A stretch of DNA of 55,393 nucleotides from Hyphochytrium catenoides (Eukaryota > Protista > Hyphochytriomycota), in the NCBI GenBank assembly GCA_900088475.1, contig FLMG01003684.1, forward strand, positions 1-55,393, in the 5' to 3' direction. Positions 26,984-40,900 of the stretch are shown here, in pieces. Both the position numbers and the translations under genes were made by a program. The stretch's first letter is position 1, and each line of letters begins with the position of its first letter. A model generated the notes under the pieces. It saw only the letters and a list, made by a program, of their open reading frames with translations. It did no database searches and had not been told where the DNA came from.

Positions 26984-29900
26984 ATGGCAGGGAGCCCTGT
27001 GGACCTTTTCTATAGGTTAGAGGCATCAAGCTCCTCAGCGAAAGAAGTGGCATTTAGCAACAAAAGCGGAAAGAAGATGTCACTCGCTTCGCTGATTGGC
27101 GTAAGGGATAAAGTTCAGCAGGAAACAGTGTTGGCCGAGACAAGGAAGGAGAAAGACAAGCGGGACCGCGCAGGTGCGTGCAGCAGGTGTCCTTCCGTGC
27201 CAATCACTTTTCACTTGTGACCACTAATAGTCGGCGGATTCAGTGTCCATGGTTCCATCCAGCGCCACAGCCATGGGTCCTTCCAGTGTCAGCACTTCCG
27301 CTTCCTTTGGTGCGTTAACCTCCACGGCGAAGAAGAACCGGGCGCAATCTTCTGGTGCAGTGGGTACTGCAAGGGACTACAGGCGGGGTCGCGTGGGTTT
27401 GGCAAGCGCCAAGGAGCCTCCGGCCTGCTGTCAAAATTGTGGCCTCTATCTGGAGATTAAGTCTGTTCCTAAGGAACTACCCGGTAGTGATCTTCCCTTC
27501 GCCTTCTAATACTCAGCAGACTGACTGGCCGGCTTGCCCATTGGCAGATCTATTGGACAAATTTAAAGCCAAGTATCAGCAGCTCTTAGAGCGTAGGCAG
27601 GCAGAGCAGAAGGAGATTCAGCAGAGAGAGAAGATCAATCGCGCTTATGGGTCTCCCACAGGTCCTCATTTTTCCTTGTATGTCCTTTGGCAAAAACCGA
27701 CTCAGTCTCTCCGTCGCTATCAGGTGAAAGGTTGCGTACTCTTTACCCAGAGTTCCCTCCCAAAAAGGTTCGGACAACGTCGGCAGTCACCAGCTCCTCG
27801 GCAGGATCCCCCGTCAATATGCACAGCCCTACCTCGGACACCTCTACTATAAGACTTGAGCCATCGTTGTATGAAGGGACTGAGTCCTGGTATGAAGGGG
27901 ATGAGGGTGCCGCTTTAGAAGAAATTGATGCGACGATGGTAGGCATGACAGCCAGATTATGAGAGGTGAATTCACGTTACTAAGCTTGAGAACCCATTCT
28001 CAGGTTGAGATTGTAGAAGAGGAAGACCAAACGGGTCCGGGCGAAAGGGAAGAGGAAGAGCCTCTTCTATCTGCCGACAAAAAGCGAGGTAGGCTTGTAT
28101 AATGACGATGGTCTAAATCATGAGCGAAACGGCACCTCCACTTACTTACTGAGTGTCACCGCCCTCCGGCGCAGAAGAGGCTCCTGTAACACGGCCCCAC
28201 CTCTCATCTGAAGTCAGTATCAGAAGGTATTCAACTTCAGCGCGGGACCAAAAGGCGTGTTTATTAAGCGTGCCCACTTTCCCTATGCAGCCATACTTCA
28301 AATGCCAGCAGCCTCGCAGACAGCGATGAGATTGTACCAGGCTATATTGTCGAAGAAGAAGTCTGGGAGAATGAGATCCGGACAACAAATGGAGAGTGGT
28401 AAGCGCAATAGGAGGGCACGGCTCTCACTTTGCGCTGACAGGACGTCAATACTCTTCCTGTTGTGTCTATAGGGAGTCTTCCCATTATAGCAACTTCGGT
28501 GGCACAATGTTCAATAGAAGTCGACGGGCTGTGCTTGTACCTCCGAAGCACCCTGAGAAGTGGGACTACATCTCAGACTGGGTTGTGGATAGGAGTTGGC
28601 CAGGTTTGTGAGATATCCCGCTCTTCCAAGAGATGCATTTGGCTGCCAGCTGACTGACGGAAGAGCAGGTTCCGAGACCGACGGCTGGTTTTATGCCGAG
28701 AGCCTGCAGGAATTTCTCAAAGCAACTGAGAAGGGACTAGAATCTCTTGAGACCGCAAGCGAAGCTTCTTCAGGAGTTAACGAAAACCACAGGGCACAAA
28801 TAGGAGCAAATGCGGGCGGATTACAGCTATGTACGTGCAAATGATCGTATGGGTGCAAGGCTTTGGACAGTCATCTTAGCCCGCTTCCCAATGCAGCCAA
28901 ACCCTTTCGGCGCAGGAGGTGGACAAGAAAGCGACGTTTTTACGGAGAGCCTCTGCCGTGGCTTGCCGAGATATCAAAACTAGGGTATGAGACAAAATAA
29001 GATGTACGAGAGCATGGTTTGGTCGCTAACATCATGACGGGTGGCTACAGATTCAAGCTTACTGGCATAGATCATCCACTCTGTAACTCATGCCAGGACA
29101 GAGCGATGGAAGCCCTAGCAAGGTTCGTTTTCTTCAAGTCCTAGGAGAGAATAGGGTAGATAGCTGTAGGGTAGCTTTCTGATTGGCGTTGATTCTGGAA
29201 CCCTCAAGGTCTTCAAGGACGGAGTCAAGGACGGAAAGCGGCAAAGAAAGGGCTAATGCTCATCTTTCGTTTTTGAAAATGGATACATTCAGGGACATTA
29301 AGGAGGCTAAGGAATTAGGAGAGGTTTATTCTCAGGTTGTGGCAGATGCAAGAGCTACAAAAAGTGTTCAAGAGCCTCATAGGCTAGCGGTTGAACATGG
29401 GATTGTGGGCTTGTCATTAAAAGAGGTCAGTGGAGAATAACTGCCAAGTCAAAAGGGACTAGAGTCATCTGAGCCAATGTCTCCCCCCTTAGCTTCAAGA
29501 CGAGTGTGAGAACATGCGGCAGAAGATTCGAGACATTGAGAACAACAGGGAAGCACTCCACGATAGGCGGGCAGGCTTACGGAGCTTCGCGGAGAAGTTA
29601 GGAAAAGTTGAGGTATGAGAATGCGTCATTAAGGTGTTTACTGTTGCTCATATGTCGACACCTTTTCTCGGGAATCTCTACAGCGTGGTATGTGGAACGA
29701 AATCGTGTCGCGGTCACTTTCCAATTGGAATCTAAGTGAGGACGAAAAAGCTGTGAACGCACAGTTAGTTCACGTACAGGACCAGGTAGCCCAGCTAGAC
29801 GTTTTACCGGTTCATGCCGATGCACCTCATGCACTTTCCATGCAGCTTCAAAAACTACATCGTTATCACGTGGTTAGCGATGCGTTCTTCATCTGGTACG

Positions 29901-30610
29901 AAGGGCCGTTTGCTACCATTAACGGGTTACGTTTGGGGCGTCTCCCTTCTCATATGGTGCGTCCGGAATAGTATGGTAGAAAACAAGCTTCACTTAGATC
30001 AAAAGTTTTACTTACGATATGCGTCTGCAGGTGGACTGGAATGAGATTAATGCAGGGCTTGGGCAGGTTGCAATGCTGGTAGCCATAATACTGAGACGAT
30101 GCGGCTTCAAGCCGTCGAAGTACATGGTCTACCCGTTCGGTAGCTTTTCCAAGATAACGGAACAGCAGAAGAAGACATCATTTCCTCTCTTTTACGAGAG
30201 CAGGTGCGACAATTGAACAAGTACCAAATGGCTCTGGTTAGCTGCTAAATCTACCTCTACGGGCAGGTTTCGGCGAAAACATATGAATGATGGGCTCAAA
30301 GCCCTTCTGGATATTGTCCAGGTGCTCATTGATATTTCGTTATTCTTCTTCCAAATTGCTTTGTTTCAGCGATGTCCTTAGCATAGCCGTTCCTTAGGAG
30401 CTCGGAGAGCAAGCCAAAAAGGAGGACAAGACTATACAACTCCCCTTTAGCATCTCCAAGGATAAGATTGACGGTCTGACAGTTACGATCTCGAGCAGCG
30501 GCAACGACGAAGCGTGGACTAAAGCGATGAAGTACATGCTGATACACCTCAAGTGGATCTCTGCATGGATCGTGCGCCATTACCCCTTCGATCTCTCCGG
30601 AGATATATGA
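26984..30610 (+). CDS. ATG6: Beclin-1/Atg6/Vps30 with an inserted DysF domain (multi-exon)
   Basis: N-terminal CQNC, IDHPLCNSC, coiled coil, and BARA-domain motifs FFIWYEGPFATINGLRLGRLP, VDWNEINAGLGQ, WTKAMKYMLIHLKW. Stop TGA at 30608-30610. Exon phases checked from exon 1 into the coiled coil. Confidence 0.93.
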
Positions 30611-30739
30611 TGGGAAGCGCCGCTATCCCGCAGCCACGAAGAACATCGTAAGGGCCCACGCTGTTAAATCTGTAAAGTAGAGTGAATTATTTTTGGGAGG
30701 AACTGGTGGCGAGACACATCGACAAATTGTGTTTGCATG

Positions 30740-33165
30740 TCAATGCGTCCGGCTCTCTCGGCTTAGATCAATGACCAAGGCTGTCGTATTGTCCCTGCTC
30801 CCAAGCTCAATGGCGCGCTCCACCAGCCTGCGTACAGTTAGCGTCAGAGGATTGACTGCAGTTCGCAGACGTCGAGCACACACCTCGCCGCGATGGCCTG
30901 GGCCTTCTGATCGCCGGTTCGGGCTATTCTTCCTGCTTCTTCCACTGACACAACATCCCACAGTCCATCGGTTGCTAGGACGACCAGTCTGTCTTCATTT
31001 TTGTCCACCATATGCTCAACCACTTCAGGCTCGGCTGTTACATAGTTCTGTCCATCATCAAGGGGGATGCAAGATGGAGACGAGGCTTAGCTCTTGCACC
31101 ACGCATAGGGTCCTGAAAACAGTTGTACCGACCTTCATAGCCTTATCACCTAGCGCCCTCGTTACAGCTAAAATACCGTCGACACGCCCGTCCTCCACGC
31201 CACCACCCGCTGCAATAATCCGGTCAACTTCATCCTGTCGATTAGTCTTGTGATCCCTAGAGAGAGAGACTAGATACGAGTCTTAGAAGAACTCTGAGAA
31301 GTGAGGATTAACTCCTACTAACCTGCGGAGCCAGAGAGCTTCACCAAAATCGCTCTTGAGTCCCCGACGTTAGCTATCATCAGCCGATGACCTCGCGCTA
31401 GACAGACCACTATGATGGGCACAACTCCGGTTAGGATGATATCAATACCGGCCCTCACGATCTTGTTCTCTGACCTGCAGTGGTTCCTTGAAACTCTGAA
31501 TCCCTTGAGTGCGATGATCCTGAGCCAATGTCTGCGTCGGTTTTCAAAAATCCATCCACCAGGGCCTTAGCCGGACGGGAGCTGTACGAGGGCTGAGTAA
31601 CAAACCAGACGGAGTCGCATAAGCAAATCGATTCTCGTGGCTCTGTAGAAAAACGTTGAGTCGTACCTCCGCAGCAATATTTTCGAATAGTGTGGCAGCG
31701 CAATACTCTGCAACTTTAACACCTCCATGTCCTGCAGAAAGCTCTTAACGGAAGCCGACAAACGTATGTCAGGATGAGTGGCATACCATCAAAGACACCA
31801 TAGAATGAGGCGTCTGCGTCTCCCTTAACCTTGCTCATCACCGAGAACCTATGGCAAATCCATTGTTAGCTCTGCGCCCACTCTAGACACTAAAATAATG
31901 GTGTTAGCCGTACCTGTCCTCGTTTGACGCTCTGCAGTTCTTACTCGTGCATACTCCATAATCATAGCACGGGACGTCCTAGAACGCCAGATGTCAGAGG
32001 AAAGGACTTTATGACGCCAAACCTCTATTACCTGGGTTCGTGACAATGATACACACGCGGGCTGAGCCTGCTGCTCGAAAGCGGGAAGCGTGACACTCCC
32101 GCTAGCATCAACACCTTTGTCGTCCTCCAATTGAAGTTTTCGCTTCGCAATAAGATTGCCTGTAAGCTCCCCAATATGTTCTGGTACATCAAGTAAAGAG
32201 GATTGTCTTAGACGGGACCTAGGAAACCAATGCATTGCGGCGTCAATCGAATTACCGTCCGCCTGGTCACGGTTTCTCTTCCTAGTATTTATAGCTGGGG
32301 TGCGCTGCTTATCTTGCGCATTTAGCGAGTCCGCTTGAAGAACACTTTCCTTCTCTAACTCTTCGGAGAGATCTCTCCTTGAGGTTTGACGTCCGTCGAA
32401 GTTTGTCGAGACAATGGAAGGTCCAAACGGCGTTGAAGAGAAAGTGTTGCCCTGGGAAATGATCTGGGCTCCAAACCCAGCCGAAGCCAGTGATGGTAAG
32501 CCAGAGGACCCTGCTTTCAAGGCTCCCTGCGGAGGGAAGCGAAGGGGTTCTTTGTGAACATGAACCCCCAGATGCCCAGAGGTAGGCTTCCTCGCTAATG
32601 CGGACTTCCACCTGCAGTATGGAGCTTCCAATCAGAATCCATCATTGATGTAGCTTTGACTAGCATCAAAGCAACAAATCTCAAACTCTAAAGGGACAAA
32701 CGATCCGTGAGCCTTACCATGCCGAGTCTTTGGGTCTCTTCTGTTCTTCCACACTAGGCTGGCATGACGAAACGTCTATAAATAATCGCCGCCGCTTCTC
32801 TCCACGCATCCCTGGGCTGACTCCTGGGCTATCTGCTAAGAGGCTTAGTCGAGCAGTTCTCTAAGCTCCTCAGGCATGGTAAAAGCAGTACCTCTCATGA
32901 TGATCCTAGGGGATGGTTGCGGACTCTCCTGCTGCAAGACTTCTGCCCTTGACAGTCGGGAAACCAGACCAGGGCTCTTGAGGAGCATGGTGCTAGCGTC
33001 GGATGCTGCCATTGGCTGCACTGCCTCACTGTTAACGAGAGCGACAGGCTTCCTTTGTATGGTAAAGTCTGCGCCTTCGGCACCATTTTCCACGGACGTG
33101 GCGAGGGCGCAGTCCGCCGAGTCCTTAACGTCCTCACGCATCGAAACAAGAGGCAATGCGTCCAT
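30740..33165 (-). CDS. PP2C (PPM) protein phosphatase with long low-complexity N-terminus; start uncertain
   Basis: Spliced motifs RASNEDR, FYGVFDGHGG, GTTA, ANVGDSRA, DHK...EVDRI, GILAVTRALGD, TAEPEV, LATDGLWDV, GSRDNTT. Confidence 0.92.
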
Positions 33166-33521
33166 TCTTGCGCTCTGACACCGGGGCCAGTCAAGGAGAA
33201 TAAAGTGTTGGAAACCTCCCGCTAGCGCCTTGGCAGTGCCGAATGATTGCTAGCAATACAGGTTCTGATACATTGCTTTAGAGCCACTGAGAATTGTTGT
33301 CTTCAATTGAAGGTCAAACGAGATAGAAATATGCAAAAATTGGCGTCAGCTTGTTCTCGAGGGTCCTTCTGAGCCAATGGGAAGAGGAGTAAGTGACCCC
33401 CAGCTCATACATTAAGTCATGGCCCTGTCACCACACAGAAGAGCTCAAAGGGCGATACACTCTTAAGAGCTTCTACTAACGAAGAAGTTGCGCAGAGCGA
33501 GGAATCCAGAGGGACGGACAG

Positions 33522-34115
33522 TCAGGGAGCGCGCGCACACTGTGATAGAGCACAGGCTTGGTCCCTCGCAGCGGCCAGACTCATAGTAGCATTTGGCACT
33601 GCAAGCGAGAATCCTTGCCATATGCGGTCAATCCTCCTGACGGCACCGCTGATTGAAGGACGGGATCCGCCTTCTGACTGACGGCGAAGACCGGTCCTCT
33701 CTCTCTCCCAGGCAGGCGCTTCCGCTCTCAAGGCCAAGAAGGGCCGTTTCGCCCAGAAATTTTTGGGCTGTGACTGTTTGCTCTGTTGAAAGATTTCATT
33801 GAAGCTTTCATATCTTCTTGAAAGCTTTCTTGAAGGACGGTGGAAGGGCTAGAGGAAGGTGCTACAGTACCCAAACTGAGGCAAGCTTTCCAAAGAAAGT
33901 CCATTCACAAAACTTCAAGGCAACGGCAACTTGAAGCTTTTGCTCTCTGTCATTTCCTTATTAAAGGCCTTCCCTACCTGTAGGTTTCCTAGACCTTCCT
34001 CCGCGCGCGCGCCATCGTTCTCTACTCCAGGTCCAGTCTTCTTCAGAGCCAAGGCGGCGCCACATAGTTCATCTTCCTTTGCCGCTGGTGGGGTTGCCGG
34101 GCGGTACACTGGCAT
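33522..34115 (-). CDS. Possible short two-exon gene, or upstream exons of the PP2C
   Basis: ATG at 34115 (MPVYRPATPP...GNLQ), a GT donor, and a phase-compatible acceptor near 33848 continuing PFHRPSRKLSRRY...CARAP*. No homology recognised. Confidence 0.3.
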
Positions 34116-34909
34116 GCTGGCTCATTGATGGATGGCCGACCAAGGCGCGAGAGGGAGTCTGGCTGATGAGCTGAACAAATCTCGTCTTCTTCTTCTTTAT
34201 TTATGATCATCTCCGTTCGTACATGGGGAAGGTCTTTGCACGCCTCAAGTTACAAAACTTGTCCAGCTGAAGCACTGCTGCTGCTGGTCGTTACAATAAA
34301 GCTTGAAGGTCATATGTAGTTCTTGAAGGTCATATGTGCGTTTTGAACGACTCTGACCAGGCTGTGGAGAGCGATGAAAGCACATGGCTTCAGTCCTGAA
34401 TAAAGTCAGTCCCCATACAATACCACCAGCTGCGAAAGGATGGCAGGCACTTCCTCCGTTCGTTAGCTTTTTCCGGCCGAGCGACTAAAAAGCCATATGT
34501 GACTGGTCAACATTACTCCGCGTCTTTAGTCTTGCATCTGCTGTGCACACCTTTAAATACGATTGCGAAGCCGCCAGTGATACGAGGTCACTCCAGGTTT
34601 GCTGTACGCTAATGAAGTTGATGTCTCCCATCTCTAGAAAACCATTTTTCATAGAGACGCTTCTCCAATACTGATGCCTCGTCTTCTTTCATTATTCCAT
34701 TCTCAAAACTTCAGAAGCGCAATCATTGTGGTTTACTTCCCGTGAATAGCACTCAGAAGTCAAACTCCTAACTTCTGTCAAAATGGGATGAAGCGGTGGC
34801 GTGTACGGGATGAAATATATGCAGAACTTAATCTTGAATTAGCGAAGAAATTAGAGCTGGCAGCATAAGCCTGCTCTGTTTAGGATGTGCTCACAGGACT
34901 AGAGTAGGG

Positions 34910-37900
34910 CTATTCTTCCTTTTCCGGGTCTGTCCAGCCGTTCGCCTTGAAAAAGAGAACATACCTCAGCCTCACCCGGCTGCTGTCGTAGACAATGTAC
35001 TCATTGTAAGGCATATAGGAAGTCGTCCAGCTCTGTTGCTTGTCGCTTTCTTTGTCAGGTCTTTGACTCAACTGTCCAAATGGCAGAATGACTCCATCCT
35101 GATATGCCAGAGTCGGGTCAGTCCTCTTTGGGATTATCTGCTACCTACATACATACCTGAAGCACTAGATCCTTTTCTGGGGAAGGGATAGTTTTGCCTT
35201 CCGCTTGGACAGAATCATATCCCTTGGCAGGACCATGAACAGAGCCCCATGCAGATGAAGAGACGACATCCGGGCTTCCGACAGCCACTTCGCACAATAG
35301 CATGCAAGCATAGTTTTTCACCGCACTGCCTCCCGCCTCCTGGAAGCGCATGTAGCCGAAGCTTTTCTCAAAGCAATCTGCGAAGTAGATTCCCTTTCCA
35401 AACATACTTCCAGACTCATTAGCGATTGCAGGTGCAATCTGGAGCCCATTCTTCAGTATACCAATCATATTGCCAAGAGGAGAGCCATGCCAGAGGAGCA
35501 TTCTTCTTTGGGTCAGGTGAGCTTTCATGGCGACCATTTCTCCAGGCCTTTCCACCTGTCGGTGCAGCCATGGCGACTGGCTTAATCGATGTGTACCATG
35601 GTGATAATGCAATTGTGACTGTTACCTGGAAAGCTTCCACCAACTCCAGACGATCGCGAGTATTCTGCGTAGAAGTATTACGCCAGTACCTACAACAAGA
35701 CAAACGGTCAGCTCATCCTGTCTCAGTCCTTTCAACTATCAATATAACGCTGATGGAAGGCAAGGATGATCAGACCCCAAGAGAGTCACTAGATACGAGG
35801 AGAGAGAGAGAGAGCGAGACCGAGAAGTAAAATGCTTTCCTCCAGGCCTCTCATGCTCACCTGCTTAACATATCCCTCATCGGATTGTCCAGTGAAAGCG
35901 CCTCCAACCCCACACCGATGCCTCGATAGAGGTACTCATACGGGTTGATCTCCTTAGGTTTGTGCAAAGCTCCAAGGATCAACTTGCCCGCAGTGTGGAT
36001 GTCAGAGAGTGACATCAACATTTGGATCTTCTCGTTAACCTGCTGTCGACTCTGGATAGCGAAAATTCGATTACTCTCGGCACCCTGCGGGACGAAGGTG
36101 TAGAACAAGTTGGACAGCTTTGTGATCCTCTCGGTGCATGAACGCAGGACGTCAGGATTTGGCACGATTTTGTCCTTTCCATCAACGCTTGCGTTTTCTG
36201 CGTCTTTTTCGTCAAGGATGGCACTTATCTCCTCCAAATACTTCATTGCTTTCCTGAAGAGCACAGGATGTGAGGATAGGCGTTACCTAGACGTCAGTCG
36301 ACTCATTTAGGCATAGGTCACCTACCGGAGATTCTCGTTGTGAATGGCCCCAAAGGGCAGGTTATAATTTGTCTCGCGAAGAGTCTCCTTGAGCAAGCGG
36401 CATTCGGAGACGGTTCTCATCAGCTTCTGCACCGATGGCCTTAGGACTGCATCGTCAGGAAGGGCCAAGTTCTTCCCAAAGGGAATAAGGAAGTCGACCT
36501 CCTCCTTCGGCGGCAACTTTCTGACAAGGTTGTACTTCCCATTCTTGAACTCAAAGTTCTCTCGGTTATCCCATGCATTGCCGGTCTTCGATTGGAATAT
36601 CTAAGGAGACGGACAGTTCAGGCAGGTGTTATCAGGAAAGGGGATTCGGCCAGAGGGCCGCCTTACCTTCTTGAACTCATGTATGGCAGCTTGCTTATCG
36701 GGGAAAGGAGTCTCTTGGTGCTCTCCTCTCTCTCCAATTCTTCCCCACCTGTACAATGCCATCCAATCTCATCTTAGCAACACCATTCAGTCCAATGACC
36801 ACGAGAATGCTTTCTCCTTACCTGGTAAGGAGGATAACAAGCTGCTCCCGTGACTCCTCCTCTAGCACTTGCAGCACGTAGAAGTCATTACGGCCGTACC
36901 ATGACGCTGCCACGTCGGTCTTGTTAAGAGTCACGTTATATTCCACTCCCTCAGAAAGAACAACATGATATCTTTCTCTTCGATTGCATAGCTCGTCCAC
37001 CTTTTGCTTCAGAATTTGCTCAGGCTTCAGCTTCAGTCTCTTCGCTTTCTCTTTCTCTTCAAGACGACGAAGCGTTGCCTTAGCGTCTGAGTCCAGGCTC
37101 ACCGGCGGGGGTAAGACGAGAGACGGCCACGAATCGTTGGACGGACCATCCTTTTTTGATGCCTTGGCACCAAGCTTTTCCAAGGCTGTCAGCATGGTGC
37201 CTGAGCATTGGCGAGCAGCGTAATACCATGCCGTCTTCCCTTCCTTATTTCCGACGTCTAGAGGTGCTCCACAGTCTTTCAGCATAGGAAGAAGTTGAAC
37301 ATTCTCAAAAGAACCAAGAGGTAAAGGCTGAACGGCATAGTGGACTGCCGTCCATCCTTTAGCATCCGCCAACTTGACCAGCGTATTTGCTTTCCGCTTA
37401 TCCTACTCGACAAAGTGAGGCCAGGGGTGTCAGAACAACGTGACAATGAAGCCAAAGGGAAACGAAAGGGTTATTCTCCCGCTCCCATTACCTTCAGAAG
37501 GAGCTTGATAAGTACGCTATCGTTCTCTTCGATTGCGAGCATCAGTGATGTCTTGAGCCTGTGAGAAAGCCAAGAGTATGGGGGCAGTGCAGCTTAGTCT
37601 ATCTGATGATCGTGGACATGGATAGCGGCAATCGAAGCGTCAAACGTGAGATCTTGCCTCCATGGGAACGACAACTTGTAGATGCTAGTCGAAGGAAGAG
37701 GAAGTCTTACGTGACAGGTTCTGGTTCACAGATGTCACCACCTTTCGCCTGCAAATACTTCACGCAACGCTTGTCATGTGCTTTGACGGCCTCCAGCAGT
37801 GGGAGGAAGAGCTGCGCCTGCTACAAGAAAAAAGTCAGTGCACAGAAGAAAAAAATGTCTGACGCCATTAAAGAAGGCATTGCTCACCTCTGCCAAACGC

Positions 37901-40900
37901 TTCCTGACGTTGCCCTTACAACTTTCACCTGTCAACGTGATTCTGGCGCCTGCTTCAACCAGAACTTCGACAGTTTGGAATTTTTTGTCGTTTCTAGCCT
38001 TCGAAATAACCGCCTCACTCCTACATGCTAAGACCAAAGGCGTCTCCCCAAGTCCGTTGCACAGTTCAAGGGCTGCACCCTTATCGATAAAGAACTTTGA
38101 GAGCGATGGATGCAAGTTCTTCGCAGAATAATGCAGAGGGGAGTTGCCTCTGTTATCAGTCTGCTTCACGTCCACACCAAAGTCAAAAAGATCTGACGCA
38201 ATCCTGACCGCAAACTCGGTACCAAAAATAGTGGCAGATTCCGAGGCCTTCGGCGAGTGGCACGCCAGGATATGATAGAGACCCTTACCATCCTCAGAAA
38301 GCATCTGAAGCTGTTGTTTCTTGGTCTTGCTTAGCAGCGTGAGGACCATTTGATACTGCTCAAGATCTAGAGCATCTTCGACTGCAGCAAGGACGTTGAC
38401 TCCCTTATCCATCATAATGTATGCAAGGCCCATGTACTTCTCAGAAAGAACAAGCTTGAAAAGAGACTCAGAATTGAGATCAAGCTTGAACGGCTCATCG
38501 TTCTTAGTGGAAGGCTGATAGGATTGAACGGAGGAAGAAGAGAGCAAAGCAGGGCAGAGTAAAGCAGGGAAGAGTTATTAGTTCAAGGACTCCAAGATTA
38601 AGGCATGCTCGGCATACTTACCTCTGACGTTTGCCCACAGTAGATGGTGTCTACCAGATCGGCGCCATTGTTCAACAACATCACTGCATAATTGGCATGG
38701 CCCTTTATCACCCCAATGGCAAAGGGGGAGTTCTGATGGCAATCTAGGATGTTGACTTGTGCGCCGCGTTGCAATAAGTATAGTGAAGATATCAAAGCAC
38801 CAGTCTCTGCAGCATAGTGCAAAGGGGTGCGGCCAAATTTGTCAGGCAAGTCCAGGTTGATCCCATCAACATTGCATAGGTCACTGACAATGTCGATGGG
38901 ATCCTTCTCTACTTTATTGCTGGATTGCCAGTAGTATCTTGGCGCCACCTAAGAGAACAAGCGGAGATGAAACGAAGGTAAAGCGGCTGGCACTTCGAGC
39001 CGAGCGCCAGGGGAAGGGGAGCAGGACCATACCAGTTTTTGGGAGTTAGGGAGACTATGGGGGTTCGTGAATGCGTAGTGTAAGCAGGTCCGGCTTCTTT
39101 TGTCTTTCGCATTGATGTCTGCCCCGTAGCGCAGAAGAATGCGCTCAATCCGGAACCCTACCAGGAATGAAGAGAGAATACCATGAGTAAAGTAACTAAA
39201 ATTGGGGCCATCATCTCACGTCTTCAAACAGCACACGTACCAGAGTTCGGATCTTCTTTTGATTTTTCCACTGCGAGCATGAGAGGTGTGGCTCCGTTTT
39301 CGTCCTGGACATTGATAGCGGCGTCTCGCCGACAAATAGACTCGAGAATCTCTAGATCTCTCAGACTGCCCGCAGCAACATGAAGAGGACTCAGCTTCTT
39401 CTTGTGACTGCTCGAAACATTGACATCTGCCTCATGATTGAGGAGCTCTTGCGCAATAAGCTTGGCCTGGCGGGTTAAACTCAGAAACAGGGGCGTCTCG
39501 TTCCTATAGTTCGGGGTGTCAAGGTCTGCTTTGCAGTCATTGAGGAGGTAGACGACAAGTGGCAAGTTGCGGTCATGGGAACAGCAAAAGTGCAGAGCAG
39601 TACAGCCAAGGGTTTCCTGGTTCTCATCCTTCTTCCGTTGTCGCTCCTCCTCCTTGGCTTTCTCGTCCTCCTCCGCCTTCTCCCTCCCCTCTTGCAGATC
39701 ATCACCATCAACGTGCCCATCTTCCTCTTCCTCCATAAGATCGTCATTGTCTTCGTCCTCGTCGGATGAGTATGTGGCGCTAGATACTTGAGCAGACGCA
39801 GAAAGTTCCTCGTCCTCCGTAGACTTCTCGCGTTGAACCTTGGCATTAATTTGCCAATCAATGGTTTGCATGATCTCTTGTAGCACCGGCATCCACTTCT
39901 CAATAGGGATCTGTTTTTTGGGGTCTACATTTTCCTCCTGAGCAATACGCTGCACCAAAGCTTTAATAAGGGTCAGTATAGGTGTGTTGCCTGCATTGTC
40001 CACAGCCCGGGCCAGCGTCTCTAGTGAAGCATGTCCGGCTTCTTGTTCTTCAAACGCTCTCCTTAGCTGTTGCCACAGTGTGCTTATCATGTCAGGAGTT
40101 GGCCCACCCTGCGGACTCTGGCAAAAGGAAAGGTGACACTTTAGACTTATGTTTACCTCCATGAAAGTCTGATAAACGCATCTTACCAGTGCATTAAAAA
40201 AAGCATGGAGCGTATTCTGTCCTTGCGAGGTGGTTCCAAGATCAACTCGTGCGCCATTATCAAGAAGCTTTGAGGCAAGCTCCAGGTTTTTTGAAGCCAA
40301 GGCTAGGATTAGAGGCGTTGAGTTAGATTTGCTGGCGGCATTGATGTTGGCCCCGTTGCTGAGTAACAGCTCAAGGACAGGAATTGCAGCCTGCCCTGCC
40401 CCGCCTCTACATAAGTGATGAAGAGCCGTATGGCCATCAGCATCTCCCTGATCCAGAAGGTCCTTGTTTTTCCGTAGAACGTATTTGAGTAGTCTGACAG
40501 AATTAGAACCCAGATTCATGGCGGCGTAATGAATCAGGCTGCGGCCCTATAAAAAAAAGAAAGGCGTAAGAAAGATTGTGGACTTCGGGCGCACTGGCCA
40601 TCGCACTGCAAGTATAGCTGACCTCATCATCTTTGAAATGTGGATCCACTCCGTCCGTGCCAAGGAGGTAGTCAATGCAGAGAAAGTGCGACTTGATAAC
40701 TGCAATCGATAGGGGAGTCACCTTCCAGAGGTTGGCGATGTTTAGATCTGCTTGACCGAATTCTTGAAGCAGGCGCAGAACATTTGGGTACCCATAAGCA
40801 GCAGCGTAGTGTGCTGGGGCATTTCCGCTGGAGTCAGCAAGATCAACGCTTGCGCCAGCTCGCAGGAGTTCCAAGCAGACTAAGAACGATTTGTCAGTGC

